A stretch of 64,000 bases of DNA. Origin: a virus. The stretch lies in the IMG/VR virus record IMGVR_UViG_3300045988_080954; one strand, 5' to 3'. Positions within the stretch are counted from its first letter, which is position 1. The number at the start of each line of letters is the position of its first letter. The notes under the pieces are model-generated. The model saw nothing but the letters and a program-made list of their open reading frames with translations. It had not been told where the DNA came from and did no database searches. The position numbers and the translations under genes were made by a program. Below, piece after piece: positions 17,113-27,365 of this stretch.

Positions 17113-17607
17113 ATGTATAAAGTTTTAAAAATCGGCGGCAAAGACTACAAACTTGAATATGGAATTGAAGCATCACTGTTTGATGATTGCGTGAAATCCG
17201 TAATGAATATGCTGGTTTCCACAAGCGGTGGAACGGACAGGAGTCTTAAAGAAATGGTTTCTGGAATGAGTAGCATCCCGAATACTGCGCTTAATGCGTT
17301 CTATGCCGGATTACTTCAATATCACGGCAACCATTCTGACGGTGATGGCACTGTCCCGGATTTACAGACCGCCAAAAAACTTGCAGCACAGTATATGACC
17401 GAGCATAAAGATGATGAGCAGGGAAACTTCTACGGTCTGTTTTCTATGTGCATTGAACAGATGGAGGAAGATGGTTTTTTCAAATTAACCGGTCTGGAAA
17501 CGTTCATGGACAACATGAATGCGGCAATGGACTCTGTGAAAGCGAAGAAAGCGAAGAAAGCGCCGAAGAAGCCAACAGATCATCTGAAAAAAGCTACAGC
17601 GAAATAA
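17113..17607 (+). CDS. tail assembly chaperone (G-like)
   Basis: 164 aa directly upstream of the tape measure gene, with a basic KAKKAKKAPKKP tail. Confidence 0.7.
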   Translation: MYKVLKIGGKDYKLEYGIEASLFDDCVKSVMNMLVSTSGGTDRSLKEMVSGMSSIPNTALNAFYAGLLQYHGNHSDGDGTVPDLQTAKKLAAQYMTEHKDDEQGNFYGLFSMCIEQMEEDGFFKLTGLETFMDNMNAAMDSVKAKKAKKAPKKPTDHLKKATAK

Positions 17608-18008
17608 TCTGGGATGAATTGTACCCGATGGCTGTGCGTATTGGGATGTCAAAGAAAGAATTTCTCAGGAGCACTCTTAAAGATCTGAGAATCCGTATAG
17701 AACAATATGGAGTTTCAAAAAAAGAAGAAATTCAGTCACAGTTAATAAACATGGACTATCAGGCATGGCTGACCGGATTGTATGTCAAGACGAGTATTTC
17801 GTGCGCATTATCTCCGAGAAAAGTTAGTTATCCGAGTAAACCAATTACGCAGGAAAAACAAAATAATTGGGTTGAACCAAATCCAGATACGCCGAAGAAA
17901 TCAGAAGCAGAACTAAGACAAGAAGAACGTTACTACGAACTTCTTATCAGGCAGGCAAATGCAAATATATCTGAAATAGGTAATGAAAAGGGCAAGCAGG
18001 ATGAATAG
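17113..18008 (+). CDS. tail assembly chaperone G-T fusion by -1 frameshift at T_TTT_TTC (17475-17481)
   Basis: The -1 frame is open from 17457 to 18008. The heptamer is in the correct zero-frame phase (GGT TTT TTC). The downstream ORF has no SD or ATG of its own (TTG 17619). Confidence 0.6.
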
Positions 18009-18054
18009 TAGTCTTGCTTGCCCTTTATTTTTTTGAAATAAAGGAGGTGCTTAT

Positions 18055-21000
18055 ATGCCTGACAACACAATAGATAGCCTTGCGATAGAGGTCAGCAGTA
18101 ACGTATCAAATGCAAGCAAATCCATTGATGATTTATGCAATAAACTGAATCGTCTGAGTAGCCGTATGTCTGAGAGCATCAAGTATCTTAGAGACTTTTC
18201 AGCTTCCGTAGGCACGGCCAATTCTGCTGTTCAAGCACTTAAATTAGACAGGCTTGATTTATCAACGATAAACAGTCAATTGCAACAGTTTGTTCAGTCT
18301 ATGAGTGTGCTCGGTAGCCTGAACTTGAGAAACAACGGATTAAACTCATTCGTAAATGCAATCCGCAGACTGAACGAAACATTAAACTCCACAGGTGATG
18401 TGTCTGGAAAGATTCAGAACATGATTTCCGAATTATCTGGTCTTGGCAGTATTCCAGATGTATCAAACAACGTGAACAGGTTTATTTCTTCACTGGCAAG
18501 ATTGGCGAATGCCGGCAGTTCTATTGATGCAGTTGTATCAAAACTTCCAAAACTTGGTGAAGAACTTAGAAAAATCATAGTTTCATTCTCTGGAATAGGC
18601 AATATTTCTCAGCCAATTAATACTTTTGTTCAGTCAATATCTCAGTTGGCAAATGCAGGAGACAAAACCGGAAAGACAGCAACTCAGCTTAATGATCTGG
18701 CAAATAGCTTAAAATCATTCTTCCAGACGATGAGTACCGCTCCTAGAATCAGTAGCAGTACAATTCAAATGACTCAGGCTATTGCTCAGCTGGCAAATTC
18801 TGGGGCGAATGCTGGTAGAGCAGCAAGGTCTACTGCAAGTGCATTTTCAGGATTGGGGCAGGGTGCGGCCACTTCGACAGGAAAGGTCAGAAAACTTGCA
18901 AACGCCGTTGGAAGTGTAGGAAGCAAGGCAAAGAAAAGTTTGCCTAGCATCATGTCTCTGGTGGCAAAATTCTGGACGTTGAAATTTGTTGTTGAAAAAT
19001 TTGGAAGCGCAATTGAAAGTTCCATGAATTTTCTCGAAGATTACAACTACTTTCAAGCGGCGTTTCGCCAGGTAGCAGATAAAGCGGGTAAAACTTGGTC
19101 AGAAGCGGGCTATGATTCCGCAGAAGCATATGCAAATTCATTCAGCCAGAGAGCCAGAGAACTTACATCCAAAATGTCTGGATTCGATGTTTCCGATAAT
19201 GGCATTTTGTCGGCAAATAAAACCGGTAAGTCACTTGGCATGGATCCGTCCATGCTTTTAAATTATCAAGGCCAGTTTGCACAGTTATCATCATCTATGG
19301 GAACAACTTCTGAACAGGCTTTAAAGCTGTCGAATGCGTTAACTATGATCGGTGCAGACCTTGCATCTGTTAAAAATCTTGATTTTAATACAGTTTACGA
19401 AAACTTATCCTCTGGATTGGTAGGAATGAGCCGTGCCGTAGATAAATATGGTGCGAACATTCGTGTGGCAAACTTACAGCAATACGCTTCGAATCTTGGA
19501 CTGCAAACAGCTGTATCAAAGATGGATCAGGCAAGCAAAGCAATGCTGAGGACAATAGTGATACTGGATTCTACACGGTACGCATGGGCGGATATGGCAA
19601 ATACGATAAATATGCCAGCCAACCAGTTACGTATACTTCGTGCAAATTTAGTGTCCTGTGCTAGAGCATTAGGGAACATCTTTATGCCAGTCGTTGCAGC
19701 AGTATTGCCGTACATTAATGGCCTTGTAATTGCATTCCAGAGACTCCTGACATACATTGGTTCACTTCTTGGAGTTGATACCAAAATTGGAAATATGTTC
19801 GGTTCTATCGGAAGCGGAAGTGAAAATCTCTCAAACGCACTTGATACTATAGACGATTCTAGTCTTTCAGATGTTGATGATACTACAAAAGATACCAGTG
19901 ACAATCTGAAAAATGCGACTAAAAACGCAAAGAAGCTCAAACAGTTCCTTGCATCCTATGATGAATTAGAGGTTATGAGCAAAGACGACAGTTCTCTGTC
20001 AAACCTTGCAAATTCTAAGATTAAAACGCCTGCTCTTGACACATCTGCCCTTGACGCAGGAATTCTCAATGATGCACTGGATAAACTTTTGAACGAATAC
20101 CAGAAGAAATGGGATGCCGCCTACAATTCCATGGAAAATAAGGCCATGGCATTCGCAAATAAAGTTACAGACACATTTAAGAAACTTGCAAAAGTCGCAG
20201 AGCCTACCACAAAAGCGCTGAAAAATCTTTGGAACAATGGATTGAAACAGCTCAGAGATTTCACATGGACAGCATTAAAAGATTTCTGGAATCATTTTTT
20301 AGTTCCGCTTGGCAAGTGGACACTTGGGGAAAAAGGATTACCACGACTAATCAATGCTTTTAATGATTTTCTCGTGAAAATTAACTGGGATAAAATCAAC
20401 GCTTCCCTTGTGCAGTTATGGGATGTGTTAGAGCCATTTGCTGAGAATGTCGGAACAGGATTACTTGATTTCTTTGATGATTTCTTTGATAAGGCGGCAG
20501 ATGGAGTTAATAAACTTCCTGATCTGATTGACAGGTTCAAAGAGTTTATCGCAACATTTTCGCCAGAACAGGCACAGTCTATTGGCTATTTCCTCGGACA
20601 ACTCCTGACAGCTTTTGCAGCATTTAAAGGACTTACATGGTTCGGTGGTATTTTCGGCAAAGAAGGAGTGATAGGCAAAGGAATCACCATGTTAGCAGCG
20701 CATCCATATGCTTCGATAGTGGCAGGACTTGGTCTTACTGTTGCCGCACTTGATAAATTCGGAGTGATTGATGTTGATTGGGACGGGTTATGGACAAGAA
20801 TCGGGAATCTTAAAGACGTAATTGTGAATTTCATCAAAAATATTAATTGGGATTCGTTAATAAAAACAATCGGTGATGTATGGGATGTATTCCAGCCATT
20901 TGCTGAGGGATTCGCAGATGGATTTATCAGCTTTTTCGATATAATGCTGAACGATATCGGCGCCCCCCTGATTAACGCATTAGTAAGCGCCTTAGATGCT

Positions 21001-23031
21001 TTCGCAAAAGCCTTAGGAAAGCTTGACGATAAACAGATAGAAGCTCTTGGCGAAGCTCTGGCACGGTTTTTTATTATAAGGGGAAGCATTAAGTTTGCCC
21101 GAAATATATACAATGTAGTCAGTTCTATCAGCGCACTCAGAACAATCTTCGGTGGGTTAGGAACGGTTCTTTCCACAACCAGTGGTGCATTACAGGCATT
21201 CTTTGGCTCTGGGCTAGGTTCTACACTTGTAGCAGGATTCGCAGACAGTATGGTTGTCTTAGGAACTGCAATAGCAGGATTCAATCTCGGAAAATGGATA
21301 AGTGTTAATCTGTTCGGCGGCGAAGACAAAACCTTCGGTGAGTTTTTGGAAGATAATGTATTTGGCTATCAAAAAGGAGATTTCACCGGAGCTATGAACG
21401 AATGGCTAAAGGACATTTTTGGAGTTGGAAACAATCTCACAGAGGATGATTTGAAAATATTCCAGGAATATGAAGATGCCATTCTTAGTCTGGTTCGTGC
21501 AAGCCAGATTTCAGGCGAACAAGCATATCCTTTATTAACATTCCTTTCTGAATTGAAAGATAACGGATATAGCACAGAGCAGGCATTGCATGAACTTGAA
21601 CTTAAGCTCAATAATCTCGGGGTTTCTTCAGAAGATTTTGAGAATGCGATAGCAGGAGTAAATAAACCAGTCAAAGACCTTGGAGATACAGCAGAAACAT
21701 CCTCTAATCAGTTCTCGAATATGGCTGATCGGATTAACAATGTTTCGTTTGAGGATATCTCAGAACAGCTTACAGGATTCCAGACACTTATCCAGACTGT
21801 TGATTTTGCGACTCTGGTAACAGATACAGCAAATGCAATTGATGAGATGGGTGGTATTTGGGAAAACGGAAAGCAGATTCTTGGCGAAAAAGCATTACAA
21901 ATCTATCAAGAAATTTCAAAAGGATTGGAACCAGATGAGAACGGTTACTATACTTTGGCAAACGGACAGATGGTGCAGTTCGGAAAAGGTATTTCTGACT
22001 ATGAAAGCACTCTGCAAAGCACAATGGACTCAACTCTGCAAGGGGCAATCAACGGCGTTCTGGATAACAATTCTGGTTTCGAATTAGTTACAAAACTCGG
22101 AAAGAATCAGATTCTTGCCGTAGGCAGTGGAATTGAACAGAACGGCAGTAAAGTCACCGAAAAACTCAACTCAACAATTCAATTATCTGCAAAAGGCGCA
22201 CAAGAAACTGCAAAATCAAGTGGTAAAACCCTTGGAAGCAACATTGCGGAAGGATTACAGTCTGGAATTGACGGAAAGAAAGATTCCACAAAGACTTCGA
22301 TTCTTGATTTAATGAACAACAGTGTAAAAGCCCCCGCGCAGGAAGCAGTAGACTCCCACTCTCCGTCCAGATGGTTCAAACAGCTTGCGGAATACTGCGG
22401 TCAAGGGTTCCAAAACGGATTAGAGCCGGGCTTTTCCTCATCATTTACATGGTTTGGAAGAATCCGAACCAGAATCAGCAATTCTATTGGAAACCTGTAT
22501 AATGTCGGCTGGAACTCTATTATTGGCTTAAACAATGGAATCGTAAGCGCGGCACAACAACTTTATGCAAATGTGCAAAAAATCGCACAAAATATATCAA
22601 ATACGTTCCGCAAAGTTCTTAAGATCCATAGTCCGTCGCAGGTAATGATGGAACTCGGCGGATTCACCATTGAGGGATTCCAACTCGGTATGCAAAGTAT
22701 GCTTCCAAAAGTCGAATCAACCATCAATGATATAAGCGCCGAAGTGCAGAAGATTAATACACCGACTGCGGACATTATCACAAAGAGTACATCCTATCAG
22801 GAAGTAAAAAACAGAATGTCTGTTGATACAGATGATTTTGTTGATGACATTCGGAAAGAAGTCATGGCAATCAGTAGTAACACGTTTGACAATAATCAGA
22901 TGATCGGGCAGGCAGTCAAAAACGCTCTAAACGGCATGGCAATCTATGCAGACGGACATCTGATTGGATATCTAAAAGAAGAAAATCAGCAGTTCAGAAA
23001 TCGTAATGGATACGGAATATTTGAAGGGTAG
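18055..23031 (+). CDS. tape measure protein
   Basis: 1658 aa, alpha-helical and repetitive, following the chaperone pair. Confidence 0.9.
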   Translation: MPDNTIDSLAIEVSSNVSNASKSIDDLCNKLNRLSSRMSESIKYLRDFSASVGTANSAVQALKLDRLDLSTINSQLQQFVQSMSVLGSLNLRNNGLNSFVNAIRRLNETLNSTGDVSGKIQNMISELSGLGSIPDVSNNVNRFISSLARLANAGSSIDAVVSKLPKLGEELRKIIVSFSGIGNISQPINTFVQSISQLANAGDKTGKTATQLNDLANSLKSFFQTMSTAPRISSSTIQMTQAIAQLANSGANAGRAARSTASAFSGLGQGAATSTGKVRKLANAVGSVGSKAKKSLPSIMSLVAKFWTLKFVVEKFGSAIESSMNFLEDYNYFQAAFRQVADKAGKTWSEAGYDSAEAYANSFSQRARELTSKMSGFDVSDNGILSANKTGKSLGMDPSMLLNYQGQFAQLSSSMGTTSEQALKLSNALTMIGADLASVKNLDFNTVYENLSSGLVGMSRAVDKYGANIRVANLQQYASNLGLQTAVSKMDQASKAMLRTIVILDSTRYAWADMANTINMPANQLRILRANLVSCARALGNIFMPVVAAVLPYINGLVIAFQRLLTYIGSLLGVDTKIGNMFGSIGSGSENLSNALDTIDDSSLSDVDDTTKDTSDNLKNATKNAKKLKQFLASYDELEVMSKDDSSLSNLANSKIKTPALDTSALDAGILNDALDKLLNEYQKKWDAAYNSMENKAMAFANKVTDTFKKLAKVAEPTTKALKNLWNNGLKQLRDFTWTALKDFWNHFLVPLGKWTLGEKGLPRLINAFNDFLVKINWDKINASLVQLWDVLEPFAENVGTGLLDFFDDFFDKAADGVNKLPDLIDRFKEFIATFSPEQAQSIGYFLGQLLTAFAAFKGLTWFGGIFGKEGVIGKGITMLAAHPYASIVAGLGLTVAALDKFGVIDVDWDGLWTRIGNLKDVIVNFIKNINWDSLIKTIGDVWDVFQPFAEGFADGFISFFDIMLNDIGAPLINALVSALDAFAKALGKLDDKQIEALGEALARFFIIRGSIKFARNIYNVVSSISALRTIFGGLGTVLSTTSGALQAFFGSGLGSTLVAGFADSMVVLGTAIAGFNLGKWISVNLFGGEDKTFGEFLEDNVFGYQKGDFTGAMNEWLKDIFGVGNNLTEDDLKIFQEYEDAILSLVRASQISGEQAYPLLTFLSELKDNGYSTEQALHELELKLNNLGVSSEDFENAIAGVNKPVKDLGDTAETSSNQFSNMADRINNVSFEDISEQLTGFQTLIQTVDFATLVTDTANAIDEMGGIWENGKQILGEKALQIYQEISKGLEPDENGYYTLANGQMVQFGKGISDYESTLQSTMDSTLQGAINGVLDNNSGFELVTKLGKNQILAVGSGIEQNGSKVTEKLNSTIQLSAKGAQETAKSSGKTLGSNIAEGLQSGIDGKKDSTKTSILDLMNNSVKAPAQEAVDSHSPSRWFKQLAEYCGQGFQNGLEPGFSSSFTWFGRIRTRISNSIGNLYNVGWNSIIGLNNGIVSAAQQLYANVQKIAQNISNTFRKVLKIHSPSQVMMELGGFTIEGFQLGMQSMLPKVESTINDISAEVQKINTPTADIITKSTSYQEVKNRMSVDTDDFVDDIRKEVMAISSNTFDNNQMIGQAVKNALNGMAIYADGHLIGYLKEENQQFRNRNGYGIFEG

Positions 23032-23039
23032 GTGATAGA

Positions 23040-23465
23040 ATGAGCGACTTTATTGCAGGAAGTAGTTTCCAAGGTTGGCTTTTAAAGTTCGGGGGAAGTG
23101 TTCTCCCGAACAAATTCTTAGCCTATGATGATTACTCCGCAACTCCGAATCAGCGAACAGAGATAGAAGCGTACAGAGACTTAAACAATCTCTTGCACAG
23201 GGACACAAGCCCGAATTTTAAGACAAAAATTGATTTCAACACACGACCGATGTGGTTGCCGGACAAAATAGAGATGCAGTCTGTTTTCAAATCGGGATTA
23301 GTCAATAAGGCGCAGCGGAAGTACAAGGTCACATACTGGGACGACGAGGAAAACACCTACAAAACAGGTGTTTTTTATATGCCTGATATTGAGTACAAGC
23401 CTATCAGAATTGTAGGGAATAACATTTTGTATAACAAAATCCGAATCGCACTGATCGAATACTAA
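23040..23465 (+). CDS. small distal-tail-like protein
   Basis: 141 aa immediately after the tape measure gene. The call is positional only. Confidence 0.4.
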   Translation: MSDFIAGSSFQGWLLKFGGSVLPNKFLAYDDYSATPNQRTEIEAYRDLNNLLHRDTSPNFKTKIDFNTRPMWLPDKIEMQSVFKSGLVNKAQRKYKVTYWDDEENTYKTGVFYMPDIEYKPIRIVGNNILYNKIRIALIEY

Positions 23466-23470
23466 CAACC

Positions 23471-23510
23471 AGAGTGCATGGGTGTCACAGCTCATGTGCT
23501 CTTTTATTTT
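23471..23510 (+). terminator. intrinsic terminator
   Basis: GAGTGCATG (23472-23480) pairs with CATGTGCTC (23493-23501, two G-U), then TTTTATTTT. Confidence 0.5.
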
Positions 23511-23529
23511 TATAAGCAGGAGGAAAATT

Positions 23530-26500
23530 ATGGCTATACTTACTGCAAATATTGGTTCTGTTACTGATACAGATATAGTTGCAACTTTAGATACAGATAC
23601 CGGAATATTGAGTGTTTCTGGAATTGGTGCAACAAAAGAAATACAGCAACCGAGTCGAGATACAGGGGGAATTTTTGATGATGGTGGAGAATATTCTTAT
23701 TTTGTAAAAAAAATTTCAATATCTGAAGGAATTACGGAACTTAATGGTGATTGCTTCTACTATATGAAGAATGCAACTGAGGTTGAAATTCCTTCTACAT
23801 TACAGGTCATAGGTGAAAGATGCTTCTTTTACTGCTCTTCTGTTCCTGAGTTTGTGATACCAGATGGCTTAAAGACTATCAAAGATGATGCGTTTTATGG
23901 ATGTACAAATAGTGTTGCTGTAATACAAAGCAGAGATGTAGTTATTTATAATACTCTTTCGAGTATATTTCCAAATACATTAAATGTTAAAAAAATCAAA
24001 GGATATTCCGGCTCAACAGCAGAAACATACGCAAAAACATATGATGTTCCGTTCGAGTTTATTGACCCTCAGATAACTTATCCTATTCAAATAGGAACGC
24101 CAAATGCTGAAAATGTGTCTCTTACGTTCGATTCTGATACAGGAATTATGACTATTTCCGGAAATGGTGAGTTTTTGCCGCTGGGTTCCATCGAAAACCT
24201 TCCGAGTTCAATAACAAAAGACACAAAGATTTTAAATATCGGAAATGGAATTACTAAGATACCCGCCTCAATGTTCTCTTCTAATCCGGAAAGCCTTGAA
24301 CAAATCTCTTTTCCAGATACATTGTCCGAAATTGGAGGTGGAAATTTTAATTCTTGTTCCAAAATAACAGAACTCGCATTTCCAAAATCTCTAAGAAAAA
24401 TTAGCGGAGGGTGTTTTGTTTCACTCACTAGCTTGCAGACTGTAACATTTAGCGAAGGGCTTGAAACGATAGAAGGTGGAGCATTTTCGAATTGCCCACT
24501 TGTTAAAAATTTAGTGTTCCCATCAACTCTTAAAACTATGCCTATGGCTTTTGGGAGCAGCACTCTTGAGAGTGTTGAGATCGGTGGAGAAAATGTATCT
24601 TTTGTATCTAGTGGGAGCGGAATTGCAAATGTATCCGCTAAGAATTTAATAATTCGTGGTGGTACTATATATAGTGGGGCATTTTCTGGTAAAAATATAG
24701 AAGCCTTAGAACTAAAATCAACTGTGAAATTAAATGGCTCTGCACAATTTGTTGGATGTAGAAAATTAAAAAGTGCTTTAATTGAAAACGGAATCACGGG
24801 CATATCAACTGCTTGTTTTAATAACTGTGTTCTTATTGACAGCATTGAACTTCCAAATAGTGTCGTGGAATTAGGTGAAAGTGCTTTTGCAGGATGCAGT
24901 TCTTTAAAAAGCATAACATTATCAATAAATATAAAAAAAATCCCTAACTCTTGCTTTTCTGGTACTGGGTTTGAGACGTTTTCTATACCCAATGAATCGG
25001 GCGTAGAAGAAATCCAGGATGATATATTTTATAATTGTTCTAGTTTGAAAAATATATATATCGGAAAAAATGTTAAAACTATTAATAGTAAGGCTTTTCG
25101 AAATGTAGATAGTCCTATTATTAAAATTAGCCAAGAAGAAAACTCCATATCCGGTGCGCCATGGGGAGCTACAAACGCAACAATAGAGTGGATAAGTAAG
25201 TATATCACGAAAATTGAAGTAATTTCTTTGCCAAACAAAGTCAAGTATAAAAAAGGTGAATCTTTCGATACCTCCGGATTGACAGTAAAGGCGATTTATA
25301 GTGATGAAACGGCAGAGGAAATAACAGATTACGCATTATCTTCACCTGATATGTCATCTGTTGGGACGAAGAAAGTAACCGTAACGTATCAAAACCAAAC
25401 CACCGCGTTTAATATCAGTGTCATTGATATAATCAAAATTGAAATTACAACACTCCCGTCAAAAATCGAATACCGAAAAGGCAGTAAACTTGATACATCA
25501 GGTATGGTAGTTTCAACAGTCTGGACAGATGGTTCAAAAGAAGTTTTAGCAGACGGATATACTGTGTCTGATTTAGATAGCACTGAAACAGGTGAGAAAA
25601 CTATCACAGTCACGTATCAGACTTTTACAGCAACATTCGTAGTAACGGTTGTTGCAAGCACCGCAGGAATCCGTATCTCTCATTATCCGGATAAAATTTA
25701 TTACAAAATAGGCGATCAATTAAACACTTCTGGGTTGTCTGTTATGAAATACAGAGAAGATGGAAGCGAAGAAGAGGTTTTTCGGTACAATGTATCGGGT
25801 TTTGATAGCTCTAAATCTGGGAATAGCACAGTTAGAGTTTTTTATACCGAAATCATAAGTAGCACAGAATCTGAAACTTTTAGCACAACATTTAGTGTTA
25901 AAATCACGAATGATGGGCGGAATCCTTTTGAAGAAAATTCAGATCCTATCAATATTACTGTACACTGGATAAACGGCGAATTTGAGGATTTAACAAATGA
26001 GAATATCCAGCAAAGTTCCGTAACCTTACAGGAGTCAATTTGCTCTGAAAACTACTTTATTTTCGGCGGCTGTGTGTGCAATCAGATAAGTTTTTCAGCG
26101 CACCATAAACAGTTTGACGGTACCGGAGAAGAATGTTATCCGACCGGAAAAATTGAAGTTTATTTGGAACGAAACAAAACCAAATTAAAGATTTTCACAG
26201 GGGAAATTGATACCGCAGAAAGAGCATCAAATTCCCTGACCAGAAATTTTGTTGCGTATGATTATCTGTATAAATTACGAAACACTGATATTGCATGGTG
26301 GTATAAAAATCGTACGGTTGATAGTCAAATGGTGTTCTCACAGAAACAATTCAGAGACGCATTATTTGACTATTTGGGAATTGAACAGGTTGAAACAGCG
26401 CTCGAATATGACAATGCTTCTGTGCCGAATACGAACGTTTCAAACGAGATAAATGCAATTAATACAATCAAAGATTTATGTCTCCAAAATAGTGTTTTTG

Positions 26501-27354
26501 GATGGATGAACAGGGATGGAAAATTCGAGTATTTGAAACTCCCAGAGAACAGTTATCAGTTCGGAACAACTGTCTCAGGCGTAAAAATATATAAATATTT
26601 TGAAGCACAAATTCATCTGGATACGTTCAAAAGTTTCTACGCAAAAGAGGGCAGAATTTGGTTCCCACAGGAGTTTATGGCAGACCCATATCCGGGCATC
26701 TTTTCATCCGGCGAACCATCAGCTCAGGAAGCATATGAAAAGAACATTTTTCACAACCGGAACAGTTTTTTTGTCGGCAATCAGGACTGGTTAAATATGG
26801 CTTTCGACGCAGACGAATACGGCGTATATACACGCTCAAAACCGCTGGTAAATCTCTGTTATGGAACGACATCCAAATTAGACCCGTCACACCTATATCG
26901 GGCACAGGAATACACGGCAGAAGTTGTAGGAAATCCGTTTAATATGGTTGGCCAGACTGTAGAGATGAAAACTATCAAATATCTGGACGATGGTACCGAA
27001 CTTCCGGTATTGGTAAACAGCTATATTATGAGCCGCACATTAAAGATAAGTGGCGGCACGAGTTTGATTGATGCCTACAGCGCGAAAAACAGCCCATATA
27101 ACGGAAATAATCAACAGCTTGGTAAATATACCCCTGAGATATCTGCAACAGTAAATCAGACCCGTTCCGAGCTTCCTACGATCAGTTACGAGGAGTTTTC
27201 CGACGGTACTGATATTGAGATGCTGGCAGACGATATAACGACCGTTAAAAAGGCTCAATTGCGTTGCATAAAACGAATTAAAAAAGCCGATTATGACGCA
27301 CTTGTAGCGTCAGGCAATGACAGAAAAGACACATTGTATTTTACTTACGAATAG
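23530..27354 (+). CDS. tail-tip protein: N-terminal BspA-type leucine-rich repeats, three Big_3-like Ig domains, C-terminal siphovirus tail-tip/endopeptidase-like region
   Basis: 1274 aa from ATG 23530 with AGGAGG upstream. LRR units look like FYGCTN...IPDGLKTI.DDAF. Three ~75-aa repeats look like ...P.K..Y.KG..LDTSG..V... Confidence 0.65.
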   Translation: MAILTANIGSVTDTDIVATLDTDTGILSVSGIGATKEIQQPSRDTGGIFDDGGEYSYFVKKISISEGITELNGDCFYYMKNATEVEIPSTLQVIGERCFFYCSSVPEFVIPDGLKTIKDDAFYGCTNSVAVIQSRDVVIYNTLSSIFPNTLNVKKIKGYSGSTAETYAKTYDVPFEFIDPQITYPIQIGTPNAENVSLTFDSDTGIMTISGNGEFLPLGSIENLPSSITKDTKILNIGNGITKIPASMFSSNPESLEQISFPDTLSEIGGGNFNSCSKITELAFPKSLRKISGGCFVSLTSLQTVTFSEGLETIEGGAFSNCPLVKNLVFPSTLKTMPMAFGSSTLESVEIGGENVSFVSSGSGIANVSAKNLIIRGGTIYSGAFSGKNIEALELKSTVKLNGSAQFVGCRKLKSALIENGITGISTACFNNCVLIDSIELPNSVVELGESAFAGCSSLKSITLSINIKKIPNSCFSGTGFETFSIPNESGVEEIQDDIFYNCSSLKNIYIGKNVKTINSKAFRNVDSPIIKISQEENSISGAPWGATNATIEWISKYITKIEVISLPNKVKYKKGESFDTSGLTVKAIYSDETAEEITDYALSSPDMSSVGTKKVTVTYQNQTTAFNISVIDIIKIEITTLPSKIEYRKGSKLDTSGMVVSTVWTDGSKEVLADGYTVSDLDSTETGEKTITVTYQTFTATFVVTVVASTAGIRISHYPDKIYYKIGDQLNTSGLSVMKYREDGSEEEVFRYNVSGFDSSKSGNSTVRVFYTEIISSTESETFSTTFSVKITNDGRNPFEENSDPINITVHWINGEFEDLTNENIQQSSVTLQESICSENYFIFGGCVCNQISFSAHHKQFDGTGEECYPTGKIEVYLERNKTKLKIFTGEIDTAERASNSLTRNFVAYDYLYKLRNTDIAWWYKNRTVDSQMVFSQKQFRDALFDYLGIEQVETALEYDNASVPNTNVSNEINAINTIKDLCLQNSVFGWMNRDGKFEYLKLPENSYQFGTTVSGVKIYKYFEAQIHLDTFKSFYAKEGRIWFPQEFMADPYPGIFSSGEPSAQEAYEKNIFHNRNSFFVGNQDWLNMAFDADEYGVYTRSKPLVNLCYGTTSKLDPSHLYRAQEYTAEVVGNPFNMVGQTVEMKTIKYLDDGTELPVLVNSYIMSRTLKISGGTSLIDAYSAKNSPYNGNNQQLGKYTPEISATVNQTRSELPTISYEEFSDGTDIEMLADDITTVKKAQLRCIKRIKKADYDALVASGNDRKDTLYFTYE

Positions 27355-27365
27355 GAGGGTGACAG

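Noticed and set aside
18414-22781. Numerous 60-250-aa minus-strand and alternative-frame ORFs inside the tape measure gene (e.g. 20586-21329)
   Set aside because: They are frame artefacts of a long, compositionally biased gene. None has an SD and all are fully nested in the 1658-aa ORF.
24087-24992. 301-aa minus-strand ORF inside the LRR region
   Set aside because: It is antisense to the LRR/Big tail protein, whose repeats are clearly coding on the plus strand. It has no RBS.
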